DNA of 64,000 nt from Planctomycetota bacterium (GCA_003671195.1 QWPJ01000140.1:1329-65328), one strand, 5' to 3'. Positions 52,894-62,038 are shown, numbered from the stretch's first letter. Notes: a model not told the origin generated them from the letters alone. Translations and numbers: made by a program.

Positions 52894-52908
52894 TCTACCT
52901 CCCACCGA

Positions 52909-54246
52909 CTACTCGCTTTGAGAGGGCGCATAATACTCGATCATCCGCTCGATCGCTTCTTGGCAGACGACACAAAATTGGAATGGCTCAAGTCCATCGC
53001 CCATCGCACAGGACCTCTGCGGACGGTACATCCCAGTTCGCAAATAACCGCCCCCCTCGAATGCTCCAACCACAGGAGCCTGCCCTTGGCTCTGACCAGA
53101 AAAATCCTTCGGCGTCGGTAATGGAACCTCCTGGCTCAACAGGGGCCTCCATTTGATGTTCTCACGATCCAACTCCCGTGTGATATTCGGCTCGACCGGC
53201 TCGACTCCCTCTGGATAGAGATCGCTGTAAGTCACCGCGCCGATGTATTCGTCCGCAAGGTAGGCCAGCGAGTGTGCGAATTCATGCAAAAAAACCGCTT
53301 CGCTCCGTGGATCGTCCACCGTTGTGACACAGTAGTCCAAACAGATAGCCCCCCCACCGTATCTCTTCGAGTTGACCAACACGACGATGGTGTCATAAGG
53401 AACCTGTGCCGCGTACCGCTTGAGCGCATGACCATCCTCGGTCAACAAGTAACGGTCGATCCCCAAACTGTTGAACGAAGCGTTCAACGCACTGTTGCGA
53501 TACACTCGTTTATCCGGCTCGTCGACTCCCGACTCGTAGGAATCTCGAAACACCCCAACGACGTTCATCCTAGCTCGGTGCTTCCTAAAAGGCTCATGCT
53601 CGAACATGAACTGCGTCATGCGTTGGGCATCGGCCTGAAACTTCTCCTGTTCGCTTGCTGTGTACCCTTCCGCCAAAAAAACCAGATCCAATCGATCTTT
53701 AGGTTCTCCGGTCTTGTGCAACTCGAACACTGCCCCACGTTGATCCGCCGATTCGCGAAGAATGCCTCGATCCGACGTCTTGATTTCCTCACTCCAAAGC
53801 GTAGCCCAACGGTTGTCCTTGAGTCGTTCGAGAATCTCGATCCGAAACCTCGCTTTGGGTTTAGGGATTCGTACCGAGATCGGAACCGATCGCCACTTGC
53901 CCTGCGCCGCAGGGGGAGTCGTCGCATACTCGCTCAATAGCGTATCGAAACCGTACGAATAGATCAGCTTATCGCTTGCCTGATCGTATACCCGGACGGC
54001 ATTCTTACCGTAAGGGAACGGAAAAACCAGTTGCTTGCGTGGCCCCGGCCAACTCGACTCCTGCACCACTGGCCCCTGAACCACTTTGCTCTCAGACTTC
54101 TTTCCGAATAGAAAGAACTCAAAACGCAACGCCTGATCCTGAAAATACGTATCGAAGTCGACTTGCTCCTGCGCCTGCGACGCACAGCAAGTCAGGGCCG
54201 AGCAGATCGCGAACACCGATAACAACATTCTTATTCTTAATTGCAT
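52909..54246 (-). CDS. Peptidase M64 (IgA peptidase-like)
   Basis: DLVFLAEGYT, YGGG, HEFAHSLAYLADEY, GAFEGG, FCVVC. Confidence 0.9.
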   Translation of the reverse strand: MQLRIRMLLSVFAICSALTCCASQAQEQVDFDTYFQDQALRFEFFLFGKKSESKVVQGPVVQESSWPGPRKQLVFPFPYGKNAVRVYDQASDKLIYSYGFDTLLSEYATTPPAAQGKWRSVPISVRIPKPKARFRIEILERLKDNRWATLWSEEIKTSDRGILRESADQRGAVFELHKTGEPKDRLDLVFLAEGYTASEQEKFQADAQRMTQFMFEHEPFRKHRARMNVVGVFRDSYESGVDEPDKRVYRNSALNASFNSLGIDRYLLTEDGHALKRYAAQVPYDTIVVLVNSKRYGGGAICLDYCVTTVDDPRSEAVFLHEFAHSLAYLADEYIGAVTYSDLYPEGVEPVEPNITRELDRENIKWRPLLSQEVPLPTPKDFSGQSQGQAPVVGAFEGGGYLRTGMYRPQRSCAMGDGLEPFQFCVVCQEAIERMIEYYAPSQSE

Positions 54247-54334
54247 TCGCGTCTGTTTTCCATTCCTCGAAGACCAAGCCACCATCGATTCGCCACACCA
54301 AACATTCTAGCGACTCTCAGCGCGATCCCTCCCC

Positions 54335-54724
54335 CTCCGTGCCCTCTGTGCCTCCGTGTTTCAAAACCCTTTTTAAAACACAGAGGCACAAAGTCCACAG
54401 AGTTTCTTACAAGAGCCTTTCCCCAAACCCCGAGAATCCAATCCGGCTCGGGGGCCCCCCTTCTGTATCTTTTCCCCCCTCTCTATCCCCTCCCTCTGCT
54501 TCTTTCCTCCCCTCTCCGTGCCCTCTGTGCCTCCGTGTTTCAAAACCCTTAAAACACAGAGGCACAAAGTCCACAGAGTTTCCTACAAGTGCCTTTACCC
54601 AAGCCCCGAGAATCCAATCCGGCTTGGGGCACCCCTTCTGTATCTTTTCCCCCCCTCCCTATCCCCTCCCTCTGCTTCTTTCCTACCTCTCAGTGCCCTC
54701 TGTGCCTCCGTGTTTCAAAACCCT
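54335..54724. repeat. Tandem array of ~175-180-bp IR-bounded units, left block
   Basis: R arms at 54335, 54514, 54689; L arms at 54375, 54551. Confidence 0.95.
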
Positions 54725-54741
54725 GCATTTCCGGGAGTCCA

Positions 54742-55119
54742 TTAGTATCCATGGATCACCCTCCGGACCCCATCGGCCAGTTTTACCTCATGAAAATTGA
54801 TCAGCAGTCCCAACCTCATCTTCAGCAAGCGCAAATGAGACAATACTTGAGCTTCATCTACAGGATGGAGTGCCGACTTGGCCTTCAATTCCACGACGAT
54901 AGATTCATTGACAATCAGATCGGCCCGGAAACCGCATTCAAGTTTGATATCGTCGTAAACCAGCGGAACCGGATGCTCCTTGATGACCCGAAAACCACGC
55001 TTGTTGAGCTCATAAGCCAAACAAACTCGGTAGGCAGATTCCAGTAGACCTGGTCCCAAGCGTCGATGCACTTCGATAGCAGCTCCGATGATCGAGTGGC
55101 TCAGTTCGTTCATCTCCAT
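54742..55119 (-). CDS. GxxExxY protein (PD-(D/E)XK nuclease superfamily)
   Basis: IIGAAIEVHRRLGPGLLESAY, RADLIV...VVELKA, GLLINF; AAGGA upstream of the ATG. Confidence 0.95.
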   Translation of the reverse strand: MEMNELSHSIIGAAIEVHRRLGPGLLESAYRVCLAYELNKRGFRVIKEHPVPLVYDDIKLECGFRADLIVNESIVVELKAKSALHPVDEAQVLSHLRLLKMRLGLLINFHEVKLADGVRRVIHGY

Positions 55120-55137
55120 GGACGAGTTCCTTTTTTT

Positions 55138-55504
55138 GAAGCACAGAGGCAGAGGAAACCGCAGCATTTCCCTACTGGAGTCTCCCGCCAACCCTACGAG
55201 TCCAATCCGGCTTGGGCAACCCCCCTTCTGTGTCTTTTTCCCCTCCCTATCCCCTCTATCCCCTCCCTCTGCTTCTTTCCTACCTCTCCGTGCCCTCTGT
55301 GCCTCTGTGTTTCAAAACCCTTAAAACACAGAGGCACAAAGTCCACAGAGTTTCTTACAAGAGCCTTTCCCCAAACCCCGAGAATCCAATCCGGCTTGGG
55401 GCACCCCCTTCTATATCTTTTCCCCCTCCCTATCCCCTCTATCCCCTCCCTCTGCTTCTTTCCTCCCCTCTCCGTGTCCTCTGTGCCTCTGTGTTTCAAA
55501 ACCC
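55138..55504. repeat. Tandem array, right block
   Basis: Degenerate L arm at 55138, R arm 55286, L arm 55323, R arm 55470. Confidence 0.95.
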
Positions 55505-56404
55505 TTTCAAAACCACAAACGGAAACACTTCCGGGATATGAGAATCCCAAACCCCATGTGGACTCAAAGCCCAGCCCCCCGAGTCCTTGGGATTCGACGG
55601 ATCCTTGTTCTGATTGAACCTTGAGAAATCCACACGCCAGATATCTCCAGCCTTCGGTGGCAGATTCCGAGGCTCGGACAGATCGAGCATCGCAAGATCC
55701 TTCCAAGGCACAGCCACCTCAACGGTCCAACCCTTGTCCTTATCGGATGGGTCATTGAGCGTTCCATCGACATGCACGGCAGCTTGAATCGACTTGAGAT
55801 CCCAGTCGAGAAATGCCCATCGAAGGCCCCTAGGGTGCTTGGTGAATCCTACTCCGTTGAAGACTTGGGACTGCACATTGGACTTCGTCCGATCGAATTC
55901 AGGCCACCGAGCGATCCCGGATTTTTCATAAGCCGACTGCCAGACGAACAGTCCATCGTAGATAGTTCCATGCGCGTTGATCTCGAACTCATAGTATCCA
56001 TCCTGACCCGCGATGAAAAACTCCACGTCGTTGTCTTGGTAGATCGGATCGTCCTGCTTGGTGAACTTGGCCGTCACGTTGGGCTCCTCGATTCGGTAGC
56101 CAATGTACAGATTTTTCTCATCCCAAAGGACCGAAACGTGCGTCTTGAGATGGGTCGGTTGGCCACTGACAAGATCGACGAAGCTTTCCGAGAGACCAAC
56201 GCGGGTCCAATCCGGCTCATCGAGCTTGCCATCGATACGCATCGGTTCGCGGACCTGCTGTGCCTCGATTTTGCGTATCGCCGCAGATTCAACCGGCGGG
56301 AATCCAACGGACTCTTGGGCCAACCCACACGCCCCTTCAAGCACCAACGCCAACGCGATTGCGACGATCCCGATCGACCAAAAGCGACCAATGAACATTT
56401 GCAT
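55496..56404 (-). CDS. Carbohydrate-binding family 9-like protein
   Basis: IDGKLDEPDW, LWDEKNLYIG, DNDVEFFI, YYEFEINA.GT, WTVEVAVPW, WRVDFSR. Confidence 0.88.
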   Translation of the reverse strand: MQMFIGRFWSIGIVAIALALVLEGACGLAQESVGFPPVESAAIRKIEAQQVREPMRIDGKLDEPDWTRVGLSESFVDLVSGQPTHLKTHVSVLWDEKNLYIGYRIEEPNVTAKFTKQDDPIYQDNDVEFFIAGQDGYYEFEINAHGTIYDGLFVWQSAYEKSGIARWPEFDRTKSNVQSQVFNGVGFTKHPRGLRWAFLDWDLKSIQAAVHVDGTLNDPSDKDKGWTVEVAVPWKDLAMLDLSEPRNLPPKAGDIWRVDFSRFNQNKDPSNPKDSGGWALSPHGVWDSHIPEVFPFVVLKGF

Positions 56405-56585
56405 ACAATCCCAATCAATCCATGGTGTATTCGTCAGCGTGTCCCTCGACGCCTGGTTGCTATTGTAACCTACAGATCCTAGCGATCACAAAACGGAATC
56501 TTCCTGGCACGGGCATCGTCCAAAACGATGACAACAAGCTGAAACATAAATCAAGTGAGAGTCGTCTGAACCGTTATCGGTTCGC

Positions 56586-56765
56586 CTAACGTTTCGGCGA
56601 TAGACTCGAGAGAACCAGCAGCACAATGCCCGCGACCGTCAGCACACCTCCGACAAGCGGCGTCGAACTCCCCAGTATGCTCAGCAGCTTGAACTGCAGT
56701 CCCATCATAGGAAGAAGAAAAGAACCGATTCCAAAAATCAACAAATAAATGCCCCAGCTTCGCAT
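56586..56765 (-). CDS. Small 2-TM membrane protein (59 aa; below the ORF-track cutoff)
   Basis: AGGGAG RBS, then MRSWGIYLLIFGIGSFLLPMMGLQFKLLSILGSSTPLVGGVLTVAGIVLLVLSSLSPKR*. Confidence 0.75.
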   Translation of the reverse strand: MRSWGIYLLIFGIGSFLLPMMGLQFKLLSILGSSTPLVGGVLTVAGIVLLVLSSLSPKR

Positions 56766-56987
56766 GGCGTGAACTCCCTAAAAGTAACATGAAAGGTTTA
56801 CAGTGATTTCCTAAATCGCTTTTATTCTCAGGCATCAACTGGTCGTTGTAAACCCCCGAGCCTCTGAGAAATCCCACTAGAAAATTGTACTCTTGATGTA
56901 TTTTACAAGCTCAGCAACAAATCGGGTAGGCAATCCGGGTAGGCAATCACAGCGGCCGACGCGGATGAAAAAAATCCGACCGCGACT

Positions 56988-57368
56988 CTAAAGTCCATGC
57001 GGAGTGACCTTGAGCCAGATGGCTCCGAGAAGCAATCCGGGACCAAACAAGACAGCGAGCATTACGACGCCTGCAAGGATGTTAGCAATCGAGAATCCTC
57101 CATCGAGCTCCTTGAGCGTAGCGAGTTCATCTAGCAGCGCAATGATCGATGTAAGCCATAGCACGAGGAACGCATAATAGAAAACCGGATGCACCGCGGG
57201 CTCGAAAAAATGCAAAAATGGACCCAACATCGCGACGATCGGAAGCATGATCGCGAAATACCAACCCAATGGGCCGGATATCTCCTTGCGGGTAGCAAGA
57301 TCCAGCAAGGTCGAGAGACAAAAAAACGCGATTCCGATAGCATAGAGGACCAGCAGAACGAGCAGCAT
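56988..57368 (-). CDS. Hypothetical membrane protein (~4 TM)
   Basis: Four hydrophobic stretches. Confidence 0.65.
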   Translation of the reverse strand: MLLVLLVLYAIGIAFFCLSTLLDLATRKEISGPLGWYFAIMLPIVAMLGPFLHFFEPAVHPVFYYAFLVLWLTSIIALLDELATLKELDGGFSIANILAGVVMLAVLFGPGLLLGAIWLKVTPHGL

Positions 57369-57627
57369 ATAAAATCACCCAATCAAAACGCAAACCGGTC
57401 TGAGCAAAAGATCCAACATGAACATTCGACTTGTATGCGACGACTCGATCGAAGAGGTCACAGCGTTGGTGATGTCTATTCAAAAGAGGAAAGATAAGCA
57501 CGCAGTTGAAAAGATCCCATCTGCTGATCAATCGGAAGAACTCTAGGCCCGTTGCGATCCGGGCTGCAAAGGCATCCTTGCAAGAATCGATGGTGTTGTT
57601 TTCGGGCTAAGCAAAAGGAAGGACGGG

Positions 57628-58380
57628 ATGAAAAAGAAGCTCAAGTCCGGCGTGACGCCGGGGCCATTTATCGAATCGGTTTTATTCGATCGGACGCGGA
57701 TTGCAGACCCTAGTCATTATGCGTTTGACCTGCCGGCAATCCGTGGGCTGAGCAAACTCGATTTGCATCCCAAGGTAACTTTTTTCGTCGGAGAGAATGG
57801 GTCCGGGAAATCCACACTGTTAGAAGCGATCGCGGTGGCCAATGGATTGAATCCCGAGGGGGGAAGCCGCAACATGATGTTTGCCACCAGAGAGAGTCAC
57901 TCGCATCTGCATCAGATCCTCAGACTCCGAAGATACCATGCCTTGATCCCCGATGCATGGTTCATGCGAGCCGAAAGTCTCTTCAACGTAGCTACGGAAA
58001 TTGATAGCTTAGGGGTCCAAGGAAGTTACGGATCGAGATCCTTGCATGAGCAGTCTCACGGGGAGGCATTCATGTCGCTCGTAGAGAATCGATTTTCCCA
58101 AGGCCTCTATTTTCTCGATGAGCCAGAGGCAGCGTTATCCCCACAGCGGCAACTTGAGTTTTTGGTCGTGATCCATAAGCTTTTGGGATTGGACTCGCAG
58201 TTGGTCATCGCGACGCATTCGCCGATCATCATGAGTTACCCCAAGGCACTGATCTACTCGTTTAGCGACAAGGGGATCGCACCGATTGAGTACAAGCAAA
58301 CCGAGCACTACCGGGTAACGCGGAGTTTTCTAGAATCACCAGAGAGGATGCTTGAGCACCTGTTCAAAGAAGGCCCCTAA
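57628..58380 (+). CDS. AAA/ABC-type ATPase (COG3910-like predicted ATPase)
   Basis: GENGSGKSTL, SHGEAF, LDEPEAALSP, IATHSP. Confidence 0.9.
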   Translation: MKKKLKSGVTPGPFIESVLFDRTRIADPSHYAFDLPAIRGLSKLDLHPKVTFFVGENGSGKSTLLEAIAVANGLNPEGGSRNMMFATRESHSHLHQILRLRRYHALIPDAWFMRAESLFNVATEIDSLGVQGSYGSRSLHEQSHGEAFMSLVENRFSQGLYFLDEPEAALSPQRQLEFLVVIHKLLGLDSQLVIATHSPIIMSYPKALIYSFSDKGIAPIEYKQTEHYRVTRSFLESPERMLEHLFKEGP

Positions 58381-58388
58381 GTGTGCCT

Positions 58389-58469
58389 CCACCGTCTGGC
58401 GACAGGTGGCTACGTTCAACCCGTAGCCATCCTCTGCTCCTTTCTGTGTCCTCTGTGCCTCTGTGTTTC
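58389..58469. repeat. Composite REP site: CCACCGTCTGGCGAC(A)GGTGGCTAC hairpin plus a solo GxxExxY-type arm
   Basis: Hairpins at 58389-58428; CTGTGTCCTCTGTGCCTCTGTGTTTC at 58444-58469. Confidence 0.65.
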
Positions 58470-58703
58470 CCCTCTTTACGATGGCAAATCTGGTGGATCA
58501 CAACAGCGAGACAAAACGTCGCTGAAATCCTTTATTCCCATATCGATCGCCGTCTTTCGTAAGCGACTCGTTCGAAGACAACTCGGGCGTCGGATCCTGC
58601 CAACCTAAGCCGTTCGTTAACGGTTTGCGGATTTCCAGCGTTCCGAGTAAAACCTTGCCTTCGCATGACGCATCAATCTCTTTTTTTGAGCACAGGGAAT
58701 CGG

Positions 58704-61301
58704 ATGGCAAGGTTTCGTATTAGTAATTCGCTTCTGTTGGGAACTTGGTGTCTTTGGGTGTACGCAAGTTCTGTTTTTTCGCAGGACAATTCACCTCAGA
58801 CAATCGATCAACGCGAAATCAAGTTCACCCAAGGCTGGGTAGTGTCCAGTGGACAAGGAATGCAGCGAGGGCGTTCCTCATTGCCGACCGACCCCATCGA
58901 ATACGCTTGGATTTACGATCGACTGCAGATGCCTGACGTTGATGCCCAGACATCTGCGAGTGCCGATGGGCTGAGTCCGTGGAAGCTAATCGAAGCGGAC
59001 GAACAAGGTGGCTTTGGAGGACGCGAACTTTTCGGTGGACTGCTTGCCGTGCAGGTTAAGGTGCCTGAGTCAGGCATCTGGCTCCTGGATGCCCAGGGGC
59101 ACAGTTCGGTTCGCGTCGATGGAACTTCCCGAGTAGGCGACGTCTACTCGAACGGTTCCGTCGAGTTGCCCGTCTCTTTAAAGGCCGGAGAGAACTGGCT
59201 GTTGTTTTCCAGTGGTCGCGGAAGGATTACCGCAAAGCTAAAGCCTGCGAACCAAGCGATTTATCTTAGCCTCCGAGACACGACCTTTCCGAGTGTATTG
59301 AGGGATGAGCCAGGCGAATGGCTCGGAGCGTTGCTGGTCGTCAACGCCTCGGATCAACCCCTCGACGGCTTGAGCATTACGGCCAAAGCCAACGATTGCG
59401 AATCGTTGGTTTTGGAAGTCCCGATGATCCCGCCGCTTTCTTTGCGAAAGGTACCGATCAAACTTCGTACCACCTCGAACAGCGAAAAGACCTTGGAAGC
59501 CAACGAATTGAATGTCTCCGTCGAATTGACTCGCTCAGCCACTGGAGACAAGCTCGATCAGGTCGAAGTCAAGTGGCCGGTGCGGACCTCGCAACAGATG
59601 CATCGTCGCACGTTCATCAGTCAAATCGACGGAAGCGTTCAGTACTACGGTGTGGTCCCTCCTAAAGAGGGCTCCTTGCGATCCGATCGAGCCCCTAGCA
59701 TGATCCTGACGTTGCATGGTGCGGGTGTGGAAGGAGAGGGACAAGCCGCCGTCTACAGCCCCAAGGACAACGCGTATGTGATCGCGCCGACGAACCGTCG
59801 CAATTACGGCTTTGACTGGGAGGACTGGGGACGTTGGGACGGACTCGAAGTCTTTGAATTGGCTCGCGAGCGATTCAAGACCGATCCAAAGCGGTCTTAT
59901 TTGACAGGCCATTCGATGGGAGGCCACGGGACCTGGCATATCGGAACGTTGTTTCCGGACCGATTCGCAGCGATTGGGCCTAGCGCAGGATGGGTGTCCT
60001 TTTCGAGTTATGCGGGACGTGGAGGAAACATTGCCCAGGATCCGTTGTCGCAGTTGTTGCGTAGAGCCCAGGGTGGCAGCGATACCCTAGCAAGAGTTGA
60101 GAATCTCAAATACCAAGGGGTTTACATCCTCCATGGGGATGCCGACGACAACGTACCGGTCGATCAAGCTCGAACGATGCGCCAAGAGCTGGCCAAGTTC
60201 CATCCCGACTGGGTTTACAAAGAGCAAGCTGGGGCTGGCCATTGGTGGGGAAACCCTTGCTGCGATTGGCCTGCAATGATGGACTTTTTCCAAGCCCACG
60301 AAATTCCGGATTCGACCCGAATCGACTCGATTCGATTTGCAACTCCGGGCCCGCACCTATCCCCTGACTGCCATTGGTTCACGCTCGGTTGCCAAGAGCG
60401 CATCGCGGATCTTTCGACGGTCCAACTCGATCGAGATCGACAGAGTCAGAAAATCACGGTCAAAACCTCCAACATCGCCTCGTGGGGGATCCGTTTATCC
60501 AAGCTCCTGGCACCAGACACCCCGTTGCCGGTGAACTTGAATTTAGAAATCGACACCGAAGCCCTCAGCGTCGAAGGGATCGAGGGACTCGGGCAAACGG
60601 TTTGGTTTGATAAAGTTACTTCGGAGGGTTCTCCAACCCTCTGGCGACAACGAAAGCCGTCGCAAAAAGAGCAGGCACAGCAAGAACAAGGTTCGATCGC
60701 ACGCGACGCCAGCCAATACGGAGTCTTCAAAGAAGCGTTTCGCAATCGGTTTGTGTTGGTTTATGGGACCCGAGGAGATCCTGAGGAGAACCGTTGGATG
60801 CTGGGTAAGGCACGCTATGATGCAGAAACCTTTTGGTACCGTGGCAACGGGTCGGTAGACTGTTGGAGCGATACGTACTTTTTGGCACTTGTGCAGCGAG
60901 ATCCTGAAAGTCTATCGGATCGAAATGTCATTTTGTATGGAAACAGCACGGTCAATGAAGCCTGGGGATCCTTGCTTGCTCGCAGTCCGGTACAGTTGCA
61001 GCGCGGCAGTTGGACACGGGGAGGTCCCGAGCAGATCGCGGAGTCTGTCTCGATGCTGTTGGTGCGCCCGAAGTCCTTGGATACTCAATTCAAGAGTCGG
61101 GGATTGGTCGCAGGGATAGGCGGCACGGACTTGGCCGCGATGCGCGCTAGTAGCAGGCTGCCGATTTTTTCCTCTGGGACAGGGTATCCCGATGTGCTGG
61201 TTCTGTCTCCTGAGTATCTCAAGACCGGGATGGATGCGGTCCGATGGACCGGTTTCTTTGGAACCGATTGGAGCGTCGAGCACGGAGAGTGGTTGCCTTA
61301 G
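58704..61301 (+). CDS. Secreted alpha/beta-hydrolase (prolyl oligopeptidase/esterase-like)
   Basis: LHGAG, GHSMGG nucleophile motif, HGDADDNVP, GHWW. Confidence 0.88.
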   Translation: MARFRISNSLLLGTWCLWVYASSVFSQDNSPQTIDQREIKFTQGWVVSSGQGMQRGRSSLPTDPIEYAWIYDRLQMPDVDAQTSASADGLSPWKLIEADEQGGFGGRELFGGLLAVQVKVPESGIWLLDAQGHSSVRVDGTSRVGDVYSNGSVELPVSLKAGENWLLFSSGRGRITAKLKPANQAIYLSLRDTTFPSVLRDEPGEWLGALLVVNASDQPLDGLSITAKANDCESLVLEVPMIPPLSLRKVPIKLRTTSNSEKTLEANELNVSVELTRSATGDKLDQVEVKWPVRTSQQMHRRTFISQIDGSVQYYGVVPPKEGSLRSDRAPSMILTLHGAGVEGEGQAAVYSPKDNAYVIAPTNRRNYGFDWEDWGRWDGLEVFELARERFKTDPKRSYLTGHSMGGHGTWHIGTLFPDRFAAIGPSAGWVSFSSYAGRGGNIAQDPLSQLLRRAQGGSDTLARVENLKYQGVYILHGDADDNVPVDQARTMRQELAKFHPDWVYKEQAGAGHWWGNPCCDWPAMMDFFQAHEIPDSTRIDSIRFATPGPHLSPDCHWFTLGCQERIADLSTVQLDRDRQSQKITVKTSNIASWGIRLSKLLAPDTPLPVNLNLEIDTEALSVEGIEGLGQTVWFDKVTSEGSPTLWRQRKPSQKEQAQQEQGSIARDASQYGVFKEAFRNRFVLVYGTRGDPEENRWMLGKARYDAETFWYRGNGSVDCWSDTYFLALVQRDPESLSDRNVILYGNSTVNEAWGSLLARSPVQLQRGSWTRGGPEQIAESVSMLLVRPKSLDTQFKSRGLVAGIGGTDLAAMRASSRLPIFSSGTGYPDVLVLSPEYLKTGMDAVRWTGFFGTDWSVEHGEWLP

Positions 61302-61359
61302 TTTGAGGCTTAGTCAACCGCGATTGCCCTTTGATTTCGTTATGTTTCGAAGCAAATAC

Positions 61360-61400
61360 AAAAAGCCCCGCTTGGAGGACCTCCAATCGGGGCTTTTTTT
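61360..61400. terminator. Bidirectional intrinsic terminator
   Basis: AAAAAGCCCCG...CGGGGCTTTTTTT between convergent genes. Confidence 0.85.
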
Positions 61401-61444
61401 AAATCGCCAATCCTACAGGGAACTTACTCAATGTCCTCCCGAAT

Positions 61445-61942
61445 TTAGCTTTTGATGACGATGGTCCGAGACGTCGCCTTGGGCACCTTTGGCACGCGGA
61501 TTCGAAGAACTCCATCTTTGAAGTGCGCTTCGATATGATCGCTGGCTACCTGTTTTGGAAGACGGATCGCGCGAGCGAAGTTTCCTGCAGATCGCTCGGC
61601 TCGGTGTTGGACCGAGCCATCAGCGACGCGGGCACAAGCTTTGGTGCCCGAGACATGGACTTTGTCTTCGAGCAATTCAAGCTTGAGATTCTCCAGCGTC
61701 ACTCCGGGCAAATCGAGCAGCAATTCGTACCCTTGATCGTCCTCGAAAACATCCAAAGCGGGGGTGAAAGCCACCGACGCGGGAGCTTCGCAACCTCCTT
61801 CGGCGCTTGCACCGTTGTTGCTTGGTGAACCCTTGGTCGAACAACCCTTGTTCAAGACTTGGTCGAAGATGCTCTCCATCTCGGTGGCAATGTCTTGCAA
61901 GGCCGACGGAAATTGTCGGATTTGGAAAGGAAACTGAGCCAT
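61445..61942 (-). CDS. Hsp20/alpha-crystallin small heat-shock protein
   Basis: FTPALDVFE, DLPGV, ER..G.F.R.I.LP, AHFKDGVLRIRVPK. Confidence 0.93.
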   Translation of the reverse strand: MAQFPFQIRQFPSALQDIATEMESIFDQVLNKGCSTKGSPSNNGASAEGGCEAPASVAFTPALDVFEDDQGYELLLDLPGVTLENLKLELLEDKVHVSGTKACARVADGSVQHRAERSAGNFARAIRLPKQVASDHIEAHFKDGVLRIRVPKVPKATSRTIVIKS

Positions 61943-62038
61943 GGCGAAAACCTCTCTCTCGAAAACGAATCGATCGCGGGGTGCTCGACAGACATCTGTC
62001 AAGTTGGCAGCACCTTTTTTTGATCAAAACCACAAAGG

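Noticed and set aside
54335-55504. CRISPR array interpretation of the regularly spaced repeats
   Set aside because: The intervening sequences are near-identical copies over 100 bp long, not unique spacers, and there are no cas genes.
53976-55706. ORFs running through the repeat array (e.g. 54373-54567, 55066-55617, 55194-55706)
   Set aside because: They are translations of the repeat itself (SVPSVPPCFK / TEGTE) with no independent coding signal.
56585-56592. GTTAGGC integron core-site match at the stop of the small membrane gene
   Set aside because: Wrong orientation for a cassette end and no attC palindrome.
56551-56877. 108-aa ORF in the track
   Set aside because: Shadow frame of the 59-aa membrane ORF, which has the RBS and a sensible composition.
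56760-56950. AT-rich patch as oriC
   Set aside because: No TTATCCACA cluster or dnaA/dnaN seen; better explained as the promoter region of the small membrane gene.
57369-57425. In-frame extension MFMLDLLLRPVCVLIG*FY upstream of the 56988-57368 gene, suggesting TGA readthrough or a nonsense mutation
   Set aside because: It is short and could arise by chance in T-rich DNA. There is no SECIS-like evidence, and other genes use TGA as a normal stop.
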